This document shows, piece by piece, positions 46,413-57,434 of a stretch of 64,000 nucleotides of DNA. This DNA is from Candidatus Woesearchaeota archaeon. Its GTDB lineage: Archaea > Nanobdellota > Nanobdellia > Pacearchaeales > GW2011-AR1. The notes under the pieces are model-generated. The model ran no database searches, was not told the origin of the DNA, and was given only the letters and a program-made list of their open reading frames with translations. The stretch covers positions 24,056 through 88,055 of the forward strand of contig CAYIGH010000001.1 in the NCBI GenBank assembly GCA_964362915.1. Direction: 5' to 3'. A program made the translations under genes and the position numbers. Every line of letters begins with the position of its first letter. Position 1 is the first letter of the stretch.

Positions 46413-49187
46413 GTGGTTTTCATATCAGAGCATATTAAAATGGAAGAGATAACTGAAAAAAAAGAGTTCTTGGGAGATAAAGCTGGAGAGGCAGCACCAG
46501 CTCAATATGAAATTATTAAAATAAGAAAAGATAAAGTTATTAAATTTTTGAAAACCGGATATAATTGGCTCAGTTATATTGCTTTGGCTTTTATCGTCTT
46601 TCTAGCTGTGAAAATTAGAACGAGAAATCTTCCTGGCTTAAAAGATGTAACCACTGGGACATGGACTTTAGGGCCTGATCTAGACCCCTTTCTATTTTTA
46701 AGATGGGCAGAATATATTGTTGAACATGGTAAATTGTTTGCTGTTGATACAATGAGATACGTGCCTTTGTTTTATAAAACAGGTAATGAGCTTTTATTTC
46801 ATCCGTATATGATCGCTTGGTTTCATAAAATTGCTGTTTTATTCGGCAGTGAATCAGTGACGCATTCTGCAGTATTATATCCTGTTTTTATGTTTGCTCT
46901 AACTGTTATTGCTTTTTTCTTATTAACTAGAATAATATTTGTTGATTCTATAGGAAAATTAAATGCAAATATAATTGCTTTGATTGCTTCATTTTTTTTA
47001 ACTGTGCTGCCTATCTTCCTTCCAAGAACAATTGCCGGTATCCCTGAAAAAGAATCTCCGGCATTTCTATTTATGTTTCTGGCTCTTTATTTCTTCCTTT
47101 TTGCATGGAAATCGCAAAATATTAAGATTAGATTATTAATGGCTATTTTAGCTGGATTTTCTGCTGGAGGGATGGCTTTGATTTGGGGAGGTTATAATTA
47201 TTTATTTCTTATATTAAGCGTTTCTATTTTCTTTGCTTTTCTTTTAGGAAGTGTTGATAAAAAAAGATTTTATGTGTATTTAACTTGGATAATCTCCACT
47301 TCTTTCGTAATGTGGTATTTCTCTGTCCGATACCCGCTACTTTCTTTAATGACAAGGGGAACTGTCATAGTCGCCTTTATAATTTTAGTTCACTTTATAA
47401 TCTTTAATACACAACTGAAGAAATATTTTGAATCAGATAGATTTTCAAAATTTCCACCAAATATTATAAGCATAATTATTGCTATTATTATTCTGGCTGT
47501 AATGGCTTCTTTTGTCTTTGGATTTAATTATGTCCCGAATACTGTTAAGGGAATTGTAGATAGCTTGATCAGTCCTATAAATACGAGGCTTATCCAGACT
47601 GTTGCAGAGAACAGGTCCCCTTTCTTTTCAGAATGGGTTGGTAGTTTTGGGCCTTTTTTGAGGAATATTCCTATATTTTTCTGGCTATTTTTTCTAGGGT
47701 CTATAATTCTTTTTTATCAATCAATAGATATGCTGCGCAAGAAAGAGCGTTTTTATCTTACAAGCGCCTATATTTTTTTAGTTTCTGCTATTACTTTTAG
47801 CAAATATTCTGGAAATAGCAGATTCAATGGTGAAAATGGCATCAGCCTAACTTTCTACGCGTTAGGATTTATTATATTTTTAGTCATTGCTGGATTTTAT
47901 TATTATAATTATTATAAAAGAAAAGAAATTGATAAATTAAAGAATTTTGAACTTGGCTTTCTATTTGTTCTAACATTCTTTTTATTAACACTTGTTTCTC
48001 TAAGGGGAGGAATTAGACTCGTCATGGTACTGACTCCTTCGATTTCTATTATTGTGGCTTATTTTATGGTGGCTAGCTTTGATTATGCCAGAAAAATGAA
48101 AGGAGATATTTTAAAGATTCTTGTATGGGGTCTTGCTGGCATAATTATATTGGCTGGCGTATTTTCTGGCTGGAAATTTTATAATGAAATAAATGCACAA
48201 GCCGCTGTTTATATTCCATCAATTTACACGCAACAATGGCAGAAGGCAATGGCTTGGGTGAGAGAAAACACTCCTGAGAATGCTGTTTTTGGTCATTGGT
48301 GGGATTATGGATATTGGCTGCAATCTATCGGAAGGAGAGCTACCATATTAGATGGGGGCAATGCGCAAGGTTATTGGAATCATTTGATGGGAAGATATGC
48401 ATTAACAGGACATAATGAGAGAGAGGCACTTGAGTTTTTATATGCCCATAATGCAACTCATTTTCTAATTGACTCAACAGATATCGGGAAATATAGTGCA
48501 TTTTCCAGTATAGGAAGTGACACAAATTATGATAGAGCTAGCTGGTTGCCTGTATTTGTAAAAGATAAGAATCAAGTCCAGGAAACTAAGAATTCAACTA
48601 TTTTTATTTATGGCGGAGGAACTTCTCTTGACTGGGATATAAAATACCAGATCAATGAAACTAATGTATTTTTGCCAGAAGGAAAAGCAGGGTTGGGAGC
48701 TATATTAATTGAACAAAATAGCAATGGCGAATTAGCAACCCAACCAGTTGGAATATTTGTATATCAAAATCAGCAATATAGGCTTCCTCTGCGATATGCT
48801 TTTGCTAATGGCAAGCTTTATGATTCTGATTCTGGAATAGAGTCTGGTGTTTTCTTGATGCCTGTTGTTAATCAAGATGGACAGGGTCTTAGTATAGAAA
48901 AAGATGGGGCATTAATTTATCTTTCCAAAAAAACTGTTAAATCACAACTTGCCAGGCTTTATTTATATAAAGAAAATGGTCCTTATTTCAAATTAGTACA
49001 TAGTGAAGATGATGCTGTTGTTGCTTGGCTCAAAACTCAGAATCCTGGTGTCGAGGACATCGTACTTTTCAATGGTATAAGGGGACCAATAAGAATCTGG
49101 GAAATAAATTATCCATCTGATATTGAATTAAAAGATGAGTATTTAAGCACAGTTTATCCTACTAAAGAATTGGAACTTTTAAGATGA
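46413..49187 (+). CDS. aglB: oligosaccharyltransferase AglB (STT3 homolog)
   Basis: 924 aa with a 13-TM N-terminus and the WWDYGYW catalytic motif. Confidence 0.85.
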   Translation: MVFISEHIKMEEITEKKEFLGDKAGEAAPAQYEIIKIRKDKVIKFLKTGYNWLSYIALAFIVFLAVKIRTRNLPGLKDVTTGTWTLGPDLDPFLFLRWAEYIVEHGKLFAVDTMRYVPLFYKTGNELLFHPYMIAWFHKIAVLFGSESVTHSAVLYPVFMFALTVIAFFLLTRIIFVDSIGKLNANIIALIASFFLTVLPIFLPRTIAGIPEKESPAFLFMFLALYFFLFAWKSQNIKIRLLMAILAGFSAGGMALIWGGYNYLFLILSVSIFFAFLLGSVDKKRFYVYLTWIISTSFVMWYFSVRYPLLSLMTRGTVIVAFIILVHFIIFNTQLKKYFESDRFSKFPPNIISIIIAIIILAVMASFVFGFNYVPNTVKGIVDSLISPINTRLIQTVAENRSPFFSEWVGSFGPFLRNIPIFFWLFFLGSIILFYQSIDMLRKKERFYLTSAYIFLVSAITFSKYSGNSRFNGENGISLTFYALGFIIFLVIAGFYYYNYYKRKEIDKLKNFELGFLFVLTFFLLTLVSLRGGIRLVMVLTPSISIIVAYFMVASFDYARKMKGDILKILVWGLAGIIILAGVFSGWKFYNEINAQAAVYIPSIYTQQWQKAMAWVRENTPENAVFGHWWDYGYWLQSIGRRATILDGGNAQGYWNHLMGRYALTGHNEREALEFLYAHNATHFLIDSTDIGKYSAFSSIGSDTNYDRASWLPVFVKDKNQVQETKNSTIFIYGGGTSLDWDIKYQINETNVFLPEGKAGLGAILIEQNSNGELATQPVGIFVYQNQQYRLPLRYAFANGKLYDSDSGIESGVFLMPVVNQDGQGLSIEKDGALIYLSKKTVKSQLARLYLYKENGPYFKLVHSEDDAVVAWLKTQNPGVEDIVLFNGIRGPIRIWEINYPSDIELKDEYLSTVYPTKELELLR

Positions 49188-50200
49188 GTATAAGTATTTT
49201 ATTTGTACCAATCCTGGCAAGTTTTTTTGTAACTCTATTCATAATACCTTTTTGGATTAGAAAGGCAAAACAAATAGGCTTAGTCTGGACTGATATTAAT
49301 AAATTAAATAGCCAGAAGGTAGCAGGGTCTGGTGGAATTATGGCTATGTGCGGTTTTGTTGTTGGTGTACTTTTGTATATTGCTTATGTTGTATTTATTC
49401 TTGCAAATTATAATTCGCATTTAATAGAAACTCTGGCTCTATTGAGCGTTATATTAATTCTAACAGGAGTAGGATTAGTTGATGATTTATTAGGATGGAG
49501 AAAGGGCGGATTATCAAGGAGGTCTAGAATAATAATGGTATGTTTCGCTGCTATTCCTTTAATTGTTATTAATGCTGGAAAGAGTATCGTGGCTATTCCT
49601 TTTATAGGAACAATTGACTTGGGTCTTATTTATCCTTTAATTATTATCCCCATAGGAATTATTGGTGCGACAACTACCTTTAATTTTCTTGCGGGTTTTA
49701 ATGGTTTGGAAGCTGGTCAGGGAATTCTATTGCTAACGGCTTCTGCATTAGTATCTTATTTTATGGGGAACAGCTGGCTTAGTGTTATTGCTTTGTGTAT
49801 GGTGGCATCTTTAATAGCATTCATATTTTATAATTTTGATCCTGCTATTGTATTTCCTGGCGATTCTCTAACCTATAGCGTTGGAGGATTGATAGCTGCT
49901 GTTTCTATATTGGGAAACTTTGAAAGAGTTGCAGTATTTTTCTTTATACCTTATATTATTGAATTTGTATTGAAAACTAGAGGGAGATTGATAAAGCAAA
50001 GTTTCGGAAAACCTCAAAAAGATGGAAGTTTGGATTTAAGATATGATAAGTTGTATGGACTAGGGCATGTTGCCATAGTTGGCTTGAAAAAAACAGGTAT
50101 AAAGCCAACTGAAAAGAAAGTTGTATTCTCAATCTGGATATTTCAAATTATAATTATAATTCTAGGATTTATTATATTTAAAAGAGGAATATTTGGATAA
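49184..50200 (+). CDS. glycosyltransferase family 4 (MraY/WecA/GPT-like) dolichyl-phosphate sugar-1-phosphate transferase
   Basis: Polytopic. DD motif (VDDLLGW) in a cytoplasmic loop. Translationally coupled to aglB. Confidence 0.5.
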   Translation: MSISILFVPILASFFVTLFIIPFWIRKAKQIGLVWTDINKLNSQKVAGSGGIMAMCGFVVGVLLYIAYVVFILANYNSHLIETLALLSVILILTGVGLVDDLLGWRKGGLSRRSRIIMVCFAAIPLIVINAGKSIVAIPFIGTIDLGLIYPLIIIPIGIIGATTTFNFLAGFNGLEAGQGILLLTASALVSYFMGNSWLSVIALCMVASLIAFIFYNFDPAIVFPGDSLTYSVGGLIAAVSILGNFERVAVFFFIPYIIEFVLKTRGRLIKQSFGKPQKDGSLDLRYDKLYGLGHVAIVGLKKTGIKPTEKKVVFSIWIFQIIIIILGFIIFKRGIFG

Positions 50201-51405
50201 TGTTGATTAATAAGGGTCTTCTAAGGGGGAGTCTGATTCTATTGATAGCTTTTAATGTTTATAATGCTCTTAATTTCTTTTTTCATTTTGCAATGGTTAG
50301 ATTATTGAGTGTTGTTGAATATGGTATTCTTGCTTCTTTATACTCTATTATATATGTGCTTGCTGTATTTACAGAGTCTATTCAAACAGTTATTACTAAG
50401 TATACAACAAAAGAAGAAAATAAAGGAAAATTGAAAAATATTTTGAAAAAAGGAATCAAAAAATCTTTCTTTGTTTCTTCAGGACTCTTTATCTTATATC
50501 TCATAATTTCTATACCTCTCTCTTTTATGCTAAGGATTAGCTATCCTTTAATGGCCCTGAATGGTTTAATGATTCTATTGGCATTTTTAACGCCTGTGAG
50601 CAGAGGAGTTTTACAAGGAAAGAAAAGATTTGGCTTTCTTGGAATAAATATGATTGGTGAAGCTTCTATAAAATTTATTTTATCATTAATTCTTGTAATG
50701 GTTGGCTGGGCTGTTTATGGTGCTATTTTAGGAACGATAGTTGGGATTAGTATTTCATTAATTCTGTCCTTCGATGGTTTAAAAGATATAATAAGAACAA
50801 AAGAAGAAAAGGCCGATACTGAAGGAATTTATGGATATACTAGGCCTGCTTTTTTCATAATATTTGTAATATTGGCATTTTACAGTATTGATATTCTTAT
50901 AGCTAGGATTTTTTTCTCAGAAGAAATGGCTGGCTCTTATGCTATTGCGTCTATTCTTGCTAAGACAATATTTTTTGGAACTCAGCCAATAAGCAGGGCA
51001 ATGTTTCCTATATCTGCCGAGAATTCAATGGAAAAAAGTAAGTCAGATAACATATTTATGAATGCATTAGCTATCTTCTGTGTAGGAATAGTTATTGTAT
51101 TGGCCTTATTTTATTTCTTTCCTGATTTTATTTTAAAAATATTTTCTGGAAAAGAAATTCCTGAATCCGTAAGCATTTTATTTTATTTAGGTATAGCAGT
51201 TAGTTTAATTTCATTCGCAAATTTGGTTTTGTTGCATAAACTATCTTTGGGAAAAGTCAAAGGATATATATATTTGTTTATTTTCCTTATTTTAGAAATA
51301 TTCTTGTTAAGCTGGTTTTCTAAAGATTTGATGCAGTTTTCCATCGCTTTTATTACCGCGTCTGCTGCTTTTCTGTGGGGAAGTGTTGTTTTGATTAGCG
51401 AATGA
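50200..51405 (+). CDS. polysaccharide biosynthesis/flippase (MOP/Wzx-like) membrane protein
   Basis: 401 aa with ~12 TM segments. Sits in the glycosylation cluster. Confidence 0.5.
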   Translation: MLINKGLLRGSLILLIAFNVYNALNFFFHFAMVRLLSVVEYGILASLYSIIYVLAVFTESIQTVITKYTTKEENKGKLKNILKKGIKKSFFVSSGLFILYLIISIPLSFMLRISYPLMALNGLMILLAFLTPVSRGVLQGKKRFGFLGINMIGEASIKFILSLILVMVGWAVYGAILGTIVGISISLILSFDGLKDIIRTKEEKADTEGIYGYTRPAFFIIFVILAFYSIDILIARIFFSEEMAGSYAIASILAKTIFFGTQPISRAMFPISAENSMEKSKSDNIFMNALAIFCVGIVIVLALFYFFPDFILKIFSGKEIPESVSILFYLGIAVSLISFANLVLLHKLSLGKVKGYIYLFIFLILEIFLLSWFSKDLMQFSIAFITASAAFLWGSVVLISE

Positions 51406-51550
51406 TGTTATTTACTACTCTGTTAAATAAAGATTATTATGATGAAGTATATTAAATCGCGAATTGTGTGAGGCATTATCTTTTATAGAAAATAATAAAG
51501 ATTCAATCTCTAAACCTCCAATAAATCAAAGTCCAAATAGTCTCTAACCT

Positions 51551-52921
51551 TTACGCATCCAATAGAGCTAGAAAAATTGACAATGGGATTATTTTTTGTT
51601 TTGGTTCAAAGATTTTCTTAGATAGTACAAAAAAATCTTTCATTTTTCCTATAATTAGTTTTATTTGTTTTGCGGATTTTCCCCATTTTACTTCAAATCC
51701 GACTGCCTTTTCTTTTGTCCTTATAATAGCATCTACTTCTGTACTATTCCTCCAGTAAAACACCTCATCAGCAAATATTTCTGAAGATTTTGAAAATCTT
51801 AGCAGATGATATGCTAATATATTTTCTGCTTTTTTATTTTCTTTTTCTTTTACTTCAATTAAACACCATTCCTCAAAAAGCTCGTAAAAGATAGGGTCTC
51901 CTAAATGTATTTTTTTGTTTTTTCCAAATTCTATTGTTAAATTGTTAAGATTAATATAATGACTTATAGCGATTAAAAACATCTCTTCAAATGTATGGGC
52001 ATAAGAGTTTATTGTTTTAGGAGACTTAATTGATGTCTCTTTAGCTATGCCTTCCCAGCTCATAGGGTTAGGAATCTTCTGAATTATTGATTTCATAATC
52101 TCTCTTGCTATCTCAGGGCTTCTGTTTACCTTTACAAGATCGCCTTTAATCCAGCTAATATAAGTTTCTTTTACCGAAGAGCTTATTCCTTTAGTTTCTG
52201 CATATGAATTAATTGCAAGAGGAAAGCCCCCTATTTTTAAGTAAATGGAAAATAGTTTATCTAATTCGTTAAAATAAGGAAATGTCTTTATTGATTTTTC
52301 TATTATTTCTTTTTCGCTTAAAGAAGAAAGTTTTAATAGTTTTTTGTAAAGACCCTCATTCATAATTTTTATAAACTCTCTAAAGGATAATGGGCGAAGA
52401 AGATAATCTTTTCCTCCGCCTCTTCTTCCAGGGAAGTATTCAATCTCTTTTTTGATTTCTAAAGATACAGAACCACTAATAAATACTATATCTTCTTTAA
52501 ATTTGCCCTCATCAATCAAACTTTTTATTGTTCTAAACCATTCTTCAGCAAAAGTAATTTCATCTAAAAAAATGTGCGAGCTTTTAACGTCAAACTCTTC
52601 GCGAATGCTAAAATAGGTTTCTAGGAGATCGTGAAGTTCTTTATAATCTTTTAGTTCGTCACATTTAAAATAAAAAATTTGTTCTGGTTTTACCTCTTTT
52701 TCCAATAACTTTTGTATCATTAGTTTTATTAGTGTTGTCTTCCCTACTTGCCTTGGCCCAAATAGGAAATGAAGAGAAAAAGGCTTAAAAGTTATTTCTG
52801 ATAACAATTTTGGTTGCCACTTTATTTTTTTTTCTTCCCATTTCTTGAACTCTTCATCTTCTTTGAAGTGTTCTTTTCCTTTCCACCAGGGGTTTTTTGC
52901 TAATAATACAGTTCTTTCCAT
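51551..52921 (-). CDS. AAA+ ATPase (AAA_14/DUF4143-type)
   Basis: Walker A GPRQVGKTT plus a C-terminal DUF4143-like region. Confidence 0.65.
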   Translation of the reverse strand: MERTVLLAKNPWWKGKEHFKEDEEFKKWEEKKIKWQPKLLSEITFKPFSLHFLFGPRQVGKTTLIKLMIQKLLEKEVKPEQIFYFKCDELKDYKELHDLLETYFSIREEFDVKSSHIFLDEITFAEEWFRTIKSLIDEGKFKEDIVFISGSVSLEIKKEIEYFPGRRGGGKDYLLRPLSFREFIKIMNEGLYKKLLKLSSLSEKEIIEKSIKTFPYFNELDKLFSIYLKIGGFPLAINSYAETKGISSSVKETYISWIKGDLVKVNRSPEIAREIMKSIIQKIPNPMSWEGIAKETSIKSPKTINSYAHTFEEMFLIAISHYINLNNLTIEFGKNKKIHLGDPIFYELFEEWCLIEVKEKENKKAENILAYHLLRFSKSSEIFADEVFYWRNSTEVDAIIRTKEKAVGFEVKWGKSAKQIKLIIGKMKDFFVLSKKIFEPKQKIIPLSIFLALLDA

Positions 52922-53073
52922 CGGTATTCTAGATAATGCTTATTTATAAATGTATCGGTATTTAGAATACTTAAGTTTTAGTTAACTTTTATTCATTAAT
53001 TTACAGTAATTACTACTTCAAAAAATAACAAAATTTGGAGAAGGTTTAAATAGTTGAAAAGTCTGAAAATTTT

Positions 53074-53487
53074 ATGGAACAAACAAGATGGCCAAATATA
53101 GATGAAGAAACACCTGTGACTGAAGGTATCTTTGAGGTAAGAAGAGAAAAAGTAGATTACTGGGACAGAACATTACATACAACAGAGGGGATAATTAGGG
53201 GGATAGAGGAAAAAGAAGTAGAATATCCTTCTCCAACAAGCTTTAGAAAAGGAGAGAAAAAAGATGGAGTTCATATAACATTAGAAAATGCATTAGGAAC
53301 TGCTCAAGTCGAGTTTCCAAGAAGATTAGGTTTCGCTGAAAAAGTTCTTCTTGGTCAAAAAGTAAGATATAGTAAATTTCATGAACTGTACGATGATGGT
53401 GGTGCCCTTTATAGAAACAAATATAATTTGAGTATATTAACAGGCCCTTTAGCAGGAGAGGAAATTGAAGAAGAAATATTATCCTAA
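53074..53487 (+). CDS. hypothetical protein
   Basis: 137-aa ORF with no recognisable motif. Confidence 0.35.
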   Translation: MEQTRWPNIDEETPVTEGIFEVRREKVDYWDRTLHTTEGIIRGIEEKEVEYPSPTSFRKGEKKDGVHITLENALGTAQVEFPRRLGFAEKVLLGQKVRYSKFHELYDDGGALYRNKYNLSILTGPLAGEEIEEEILS

Positions 53488-53490
53488 CAT

Positions 53491-54216
53491 CTAATTCTTA
53501 AACTTCCAATAGAGCAAAGTCCAAATGGCTTGGAGGCCGTCTTTCCAATTTATCTTCTTGCCTTCCTCTATTGATCTTGGATTATAGGAGATAGGAATTT
53601 CTTTTATTTTAATACCTTGTTTAAGAATTCTTGCTGTTACTTCTGGTTCGAAATCAAAGTGATTTGCCTTTATATCAATTTTCTTTATTATTCCTGATTT
53701 GAAAACCTTATAGCAGGTTTCCATATCTGTTATTTTCGAATTGTATAGGATTTTAGTTAAAAATGATAAGAATTTATTTCCTAGAAAGTATATTTTATAC
53801 ATTGGCTTGTGTTCTTTTAAAAATCTAGAACCATAGATGACCTTTGCTCGATTATTAATTATTGGCTTTATTAGTTTTTTATAATCTTCTGGATCATATT
53901 CAAGATCAGCGTCCTGAATTGTTATCATATGTCCTGTTGCTAATTTTATCCCTTCTTTAATTGCTGAGCCTTTTCCCCCATTTTCTTTCGAGATTAGTTT
54001 GTATTCTTCTGTTTTATTTTTCTTTTTGTTTTTTATATATTTTTCAATTACTCTTTTTGAACCATCTTTGCTGCCGTCGTCAACTATGATTATTTCTTTT
54101 TTTATCTTTAGATTTACTTTGGACAGCTTATCTAAAATTTTTTCTATTGTTTTTTCTTCGTTATAAACTGGGACTATTATTGATATTTTCATTTTTGAAG
54201 GCAAGATAAAGGGCAA
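53491..54216 (-). CDS. glycosyltransferase family 2 (dolichyl-phosphate sugar synthase-like)
   Basis: ISIIVPVYNEEKTIEKIL...IVDDGSKDGS. The real start is probably the internal MKISII codon (~54192). It still overlaps the upstream gene's 3' end slightly. Confidence 0.75.
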   Translation of the reverse strand: MPFILPSKMKISIIVPVYNEEKTIEKILDKLSKVNLKIKKEIIIVDDGSKDGSKRVIEKYIKNKKKNKTEEYKLISKENGGKGSAIKEGIKLATGHMITIQDADLEYDPEDYKKLIKPIINNRAKVIYGSRFLKEHKPMYKIYFLGNKFLSFLTKILYNSKITDMETCYKVFKSGIIKKIDIKANHFDFEPEVTARILKQGIKIKEIPISYNPRSIEEGKKINWKDGLQAIWTLLYWKFKN

Positions 54217-56086
54217 AGAAAATGCTAAAGAATGAAAGGATTAATGCAATTGTGACTATGAAATGGGCTAACTTATCTAGAGATTTATCTATAATATTGC
54301 TTGTTTTATAGTAATCGAATTGTTTTTCAATTGGTTGATATCCTATATCATATAAAAACCAATTCTTTGGTTGAGATGCTATTGGAATAATAGAGTCTTT
54401 TACAGTTACTTTGGCTTGATATATGCTAATCATGTCTTCTCTTTCTCCGCCGATAATCGGATAATAAGTCTTTCCTTCTATTGGCATTGATATTGTTTTT
54501 ACAGGTTTGCCGCTTTTTTTAAAAAGATCAATTAAAGATTCCATAGTATTGTTTAGATCTGGCTGGTTTTTAACTGTACCCCATCCGCAATCATCTTTTA
54601 TACATTCGAAAAAGAAGGCATCAATAGATACATCTTTTCCTGGCAGTTCATCTTTTTTGTTTAATATATTGATGAATTCTATTCCTTCCAAATAAGGCCT
54701 GCCTTGAAATGCCCAATTTAAATTTCCCCTATAAATTCTGCTATCTGCTATAATGAGTGCATTTTGTGGGATGTTTTTTTCTTTGAACTCCATAGCCTGG
54801 GCCATGTAGCTTTTTCCATAAAAAGAATACATATTTGGACCATACCAATAAGAAATGCCCGGAAGGCCTAAGATGATTAGAGCAATTATTAGAATTATTA
54901 AGATAATTAATGCTGCTGACTTTCTCGAAAATTTAGATAGTTTGCTATTTAATTCTTTTAGTGTGCTGGCTCCAAAAGGGATTAATAACAATTCAAGAAA
55001 GATATAATGTTTAGGCAGGAGAATTATTGATGCTAAAAATGGAAGAACGAATAGTATACTTAATAAAAAGAATATTATGTAATCGCGATTATCCCTCTTA
55101 TGAAGAAAGATAATTAATAATCCTATAATTCCTAGATAGAAATTAATTGGATCTGTTATTCTGATAAAATCTATTGCAGATATCAATGTCGGTATTTTAT
55201 TTGCTGAGTTTGTTGACTCTCCAAAGATTAGACCTAACCAATCATTTTTTGCATTGAATTGATGATCCCATGCATAGTATTGGGCAGATATATCTTTTCC
55301 TAAGCCCAATGTTCTTGTAAACTGCAAATCCATAAATCCTTTGTATTTATACAATAGATAATTGTGCGTCAGAACTGGTAAAGTAAATATAAATATTGCT
55401 ATTAAGAAAATTATGATAAATCTAAAATTATTTTTAGTTAATATCTCTTTTTTTTCTCTTTTATTCCAGTACAAAAAGAATAAAAGGAGGGAAGGAATGA
55501 ATAGCAAGGGGTAGACTTTAGTATATATTGCAAGGCCTAAAAATATTCCGCTTAGTAAATAGAAGTATTTTTTATTTGTTTTTAAAGCTTTAATAAAAAA
55601 GAGCATTGCTAGAAGAACGAAGAATATTGCCATAACATCCATTTCAGCCATTGTGTTTTGTATATGAAATGGTGCTACAGCTAAAAGGAATGAGGCAAAA
55701 ATGGCTGTTCTCTCATTAAAGAATTCTTTTGTCAATAAATAGATCAATAAAATACTCAAAGATCCAAATATCAAGGCAGCCATTCTTGAAGCTAATTGGG
55801 TTGTTCCAAGAGATTTATAGATAATACTTGTAAAGGCATGCCATAATCCTGAAGACTGATCATATGTAATAAGCCTGTCTGCTGAATAAAAATTTATTGC
55901 GTGGGTGACATGATGCATATCGTCTGCAGAAACTGACAGATTAATCGCCGCAATTAATCGCAATATAAATCCGATTAATAGAATTAATATTAAATAAAAC
56001 TTATTCTTATTTATTGAGAATAAAAAATCTATTATCTTGTCTAAAAAATCTTTTTTTGATTCCTCTTCCATTGTGGTTAGTTGCAT
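54161..56086 (-). CDS. GT-C fold membrane glycosyltransferase (ArnT/PMT, family 39/83-like)
   Basis: 641 aa. N-terminal ~11 TM region with extracytoplasmic-loop acidic motif, plus a C-terminal soluble domain. Confidence 0.6.
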   Translation of the reverse strand: MQLTTMEEESKKDFLDKIIDFLFSINKNKFYLILILLIGFILRLIAAINLSVSADDMHHVTHAINFYSADRLITYDQSSGLWHAFTSIIYKSLGTTQLASRMAALIFGSLSILLIYLLTKEFFNERTAIFASFLLAVAPFHIQNTMAEMDVMAIFFVLLAMLFFIKALKTNKKYFYLLSGIFLGLAIYTKVYPLLFIPSLLLFFLYWNKREKKEILTKNNFRFIIIFLIAIFIFTLPVLTHNYLLYKYKGFMDLQFTRTLGLGKDISAQYYAWDHQFNAKNDWLGLIFGESTNSANKIPTLISAIDFIRITDPINFYLGIIGLLIIFLHKRDNRDYIIFFLLSILFVLPFLASIILLPKHYIFLELLLIPFGASTLKELNSKLSKFSRKSAALIILIILIIALIILGLPGISYWYGPNMYSFYGKSYMAQAMEFKEKNIPQNALIIADSRIYRGNLNWAFQGRPYLEGIEFINILNKKDELPGKDVSIDAFFFECIKDDCGWGTVKNQPDLNNTMESLIDLFKKSGKPVKTISMPIEGKTYYPIIGGEREDMISIYQAKVTVKDSIIPIASQPKNWFLYDIGYQPIEKQFDYYKTSNIIDKSLDKLAHFIVTIALILSFFSIFFALYLAFKNENINNSPSL

Positions 56087-56145
56087 TTCCCATATATAAA
56101 CCCTATTGTATATATATTTAAAATGAATGAATTAAATGATTTCTT

Positions 56146-56922
56146 ATGGATAGGGCTTCTATAATAATGCCTGCGTATAACGAAGAAAAAAGGATTGGAA
56201 AAACATTGGAGACATATTCTAATTATTTTAATAAACTGGAAATGGATAAAAAATTAGATTATGAGATTTTGGTAGTTATAAATAATACAAGGGATAAAAC
56301 TGAAGAGATAGTTAAGAAATATGCAAAGATAAATAAAAATATCAAATACCTTAATTTTAAACAAGGAGGCAAAGGTTTTGCTGTGATTGAGGGATTTAAA
56401 GATGCTTTAAGAAGAGAGAATAATATAATTGGATTTGTTGACGCTGACATGGCGACAACCCCTGAATATTTTTATAAATTAATTGAAAATATAGGAAGTT
56501 ATGACGGGGCTATTGCAAGCAGATACATAAAGGGCTCTGTTATAGAGCCAAAACCAAATATTCAAAGACTTATTGCAAAAAAATTTTTCAATATGCTAGT
56601 TAGAATTCTGCTTTTTTTGCCGTACAAAGATACGCAATGTGGAGCTAAAGTATTTAGGAGAGAATGTATAGAAAATGTATTAAATAATATTGCTATGTCA
56701 CAATGGGCTTTTGATGTTGATTTGTTGTATTCTATGAGAAAAGCAGGATTTAGAATAAAAGAAGTTCAGACAAAATGGGCTGATAAAGAATACTCAAAAA
56801 TCAATTTTTGGAAGGCAGGTCCCTGGATGGTATTAGGAGTTTTAAGATTAAGAATATTTAACTCTCCTATGAAAAGATTTATAAGAATTTACGATAAGTT
56901 TTTAAGAGTGTTGCAAAAATGA
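56146..56922 (+). CDS. glycosyltransferase family 2
   Basis: IIMPAYNEEKRIGKTLETY...DADM. Confidence 0.75.
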   Translation: MDRASIIMPAYNEEKRIGKTLETYSNYFNKLEMDKKLDYEILVVINNTRDKTEEIVKKYAKINKNIKYLNFKQGGKGFAVIEGFKDALRRENNIIGFVDADMATTPEYFYKLIENIGSYDGAIASRYIKGSVIEPKPNIQRLIAKKFFNMLVRILLFLPYKDTQCGAKVFRRECIENVLNNIAMSQWAFDVDLLYSMRKAGFRIKEVQTKWADKEYSKINFWKAGPWMVLGVLRLRIFNSPMKRFIRIYDKFLRVLQK

Positions 56923-57434
56923 AAAAATTAAATCTGGGGGCGGGATTAGACATAAAAAATGGCTATATAAATGCGGATATTGTGAAACTTCGCGGAATTG
57001 ATGTTGTGCATGATTTTAATAAATTACCTTATCCTTTTAAAGATAATGAATTTGATGAGATTTATACGAGCCATGTCCTAGAGCATTTGGATGATTTAAT
57101 AAAGATAATGGGGGAATTAAAAAGAATATGCAAGAATAAAGCAAGAATTGTGATAAGAGTCCCTCATTTTTCATGTGGTGTGAGTTATAGAGACCCAACC
57201 CACAAGAGATTATTTAGTTATTTTACTTTTGATTATTTTACTGATGAATGTTTTTATGGGCTGCCTAAGTTTAAAATTGTAGGTAGAAAACTTAATTTTA
57301 CTAGATGGGCATTTCCTTTTTTAAATAAGATATTCAATCCTATAATTAATATTAATCCTGCAATTTACGAGAGATTTCTTTGCTGGATTCTGCCATGTTC
57401 AGAGGTTTTATTTGAACTGGAAGTTAAAAAATGA
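56919..57434 (+). CDS. class I SAM-dependent methyltransferase (type 11-like)
   Basis: LNLGAGLDIKNGYINAD...YTSHVLEHLDD. Confidence 0.65.
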   Translation: MKKLNLGAGLDIKNGYINADIVKLRGIDVVHDFNKLPYPFKDNEFDEIYTSHVLEHLDDLIKIMGELKRICKNKARIVIRVPHFSCGVSYRDPTHKRLFSYFTFDYFTDECFYGLPKFKIVGRKLNFTRWAFPFLNKIFNPIININPAIYERFLCWILPCSEVLFELEVKK

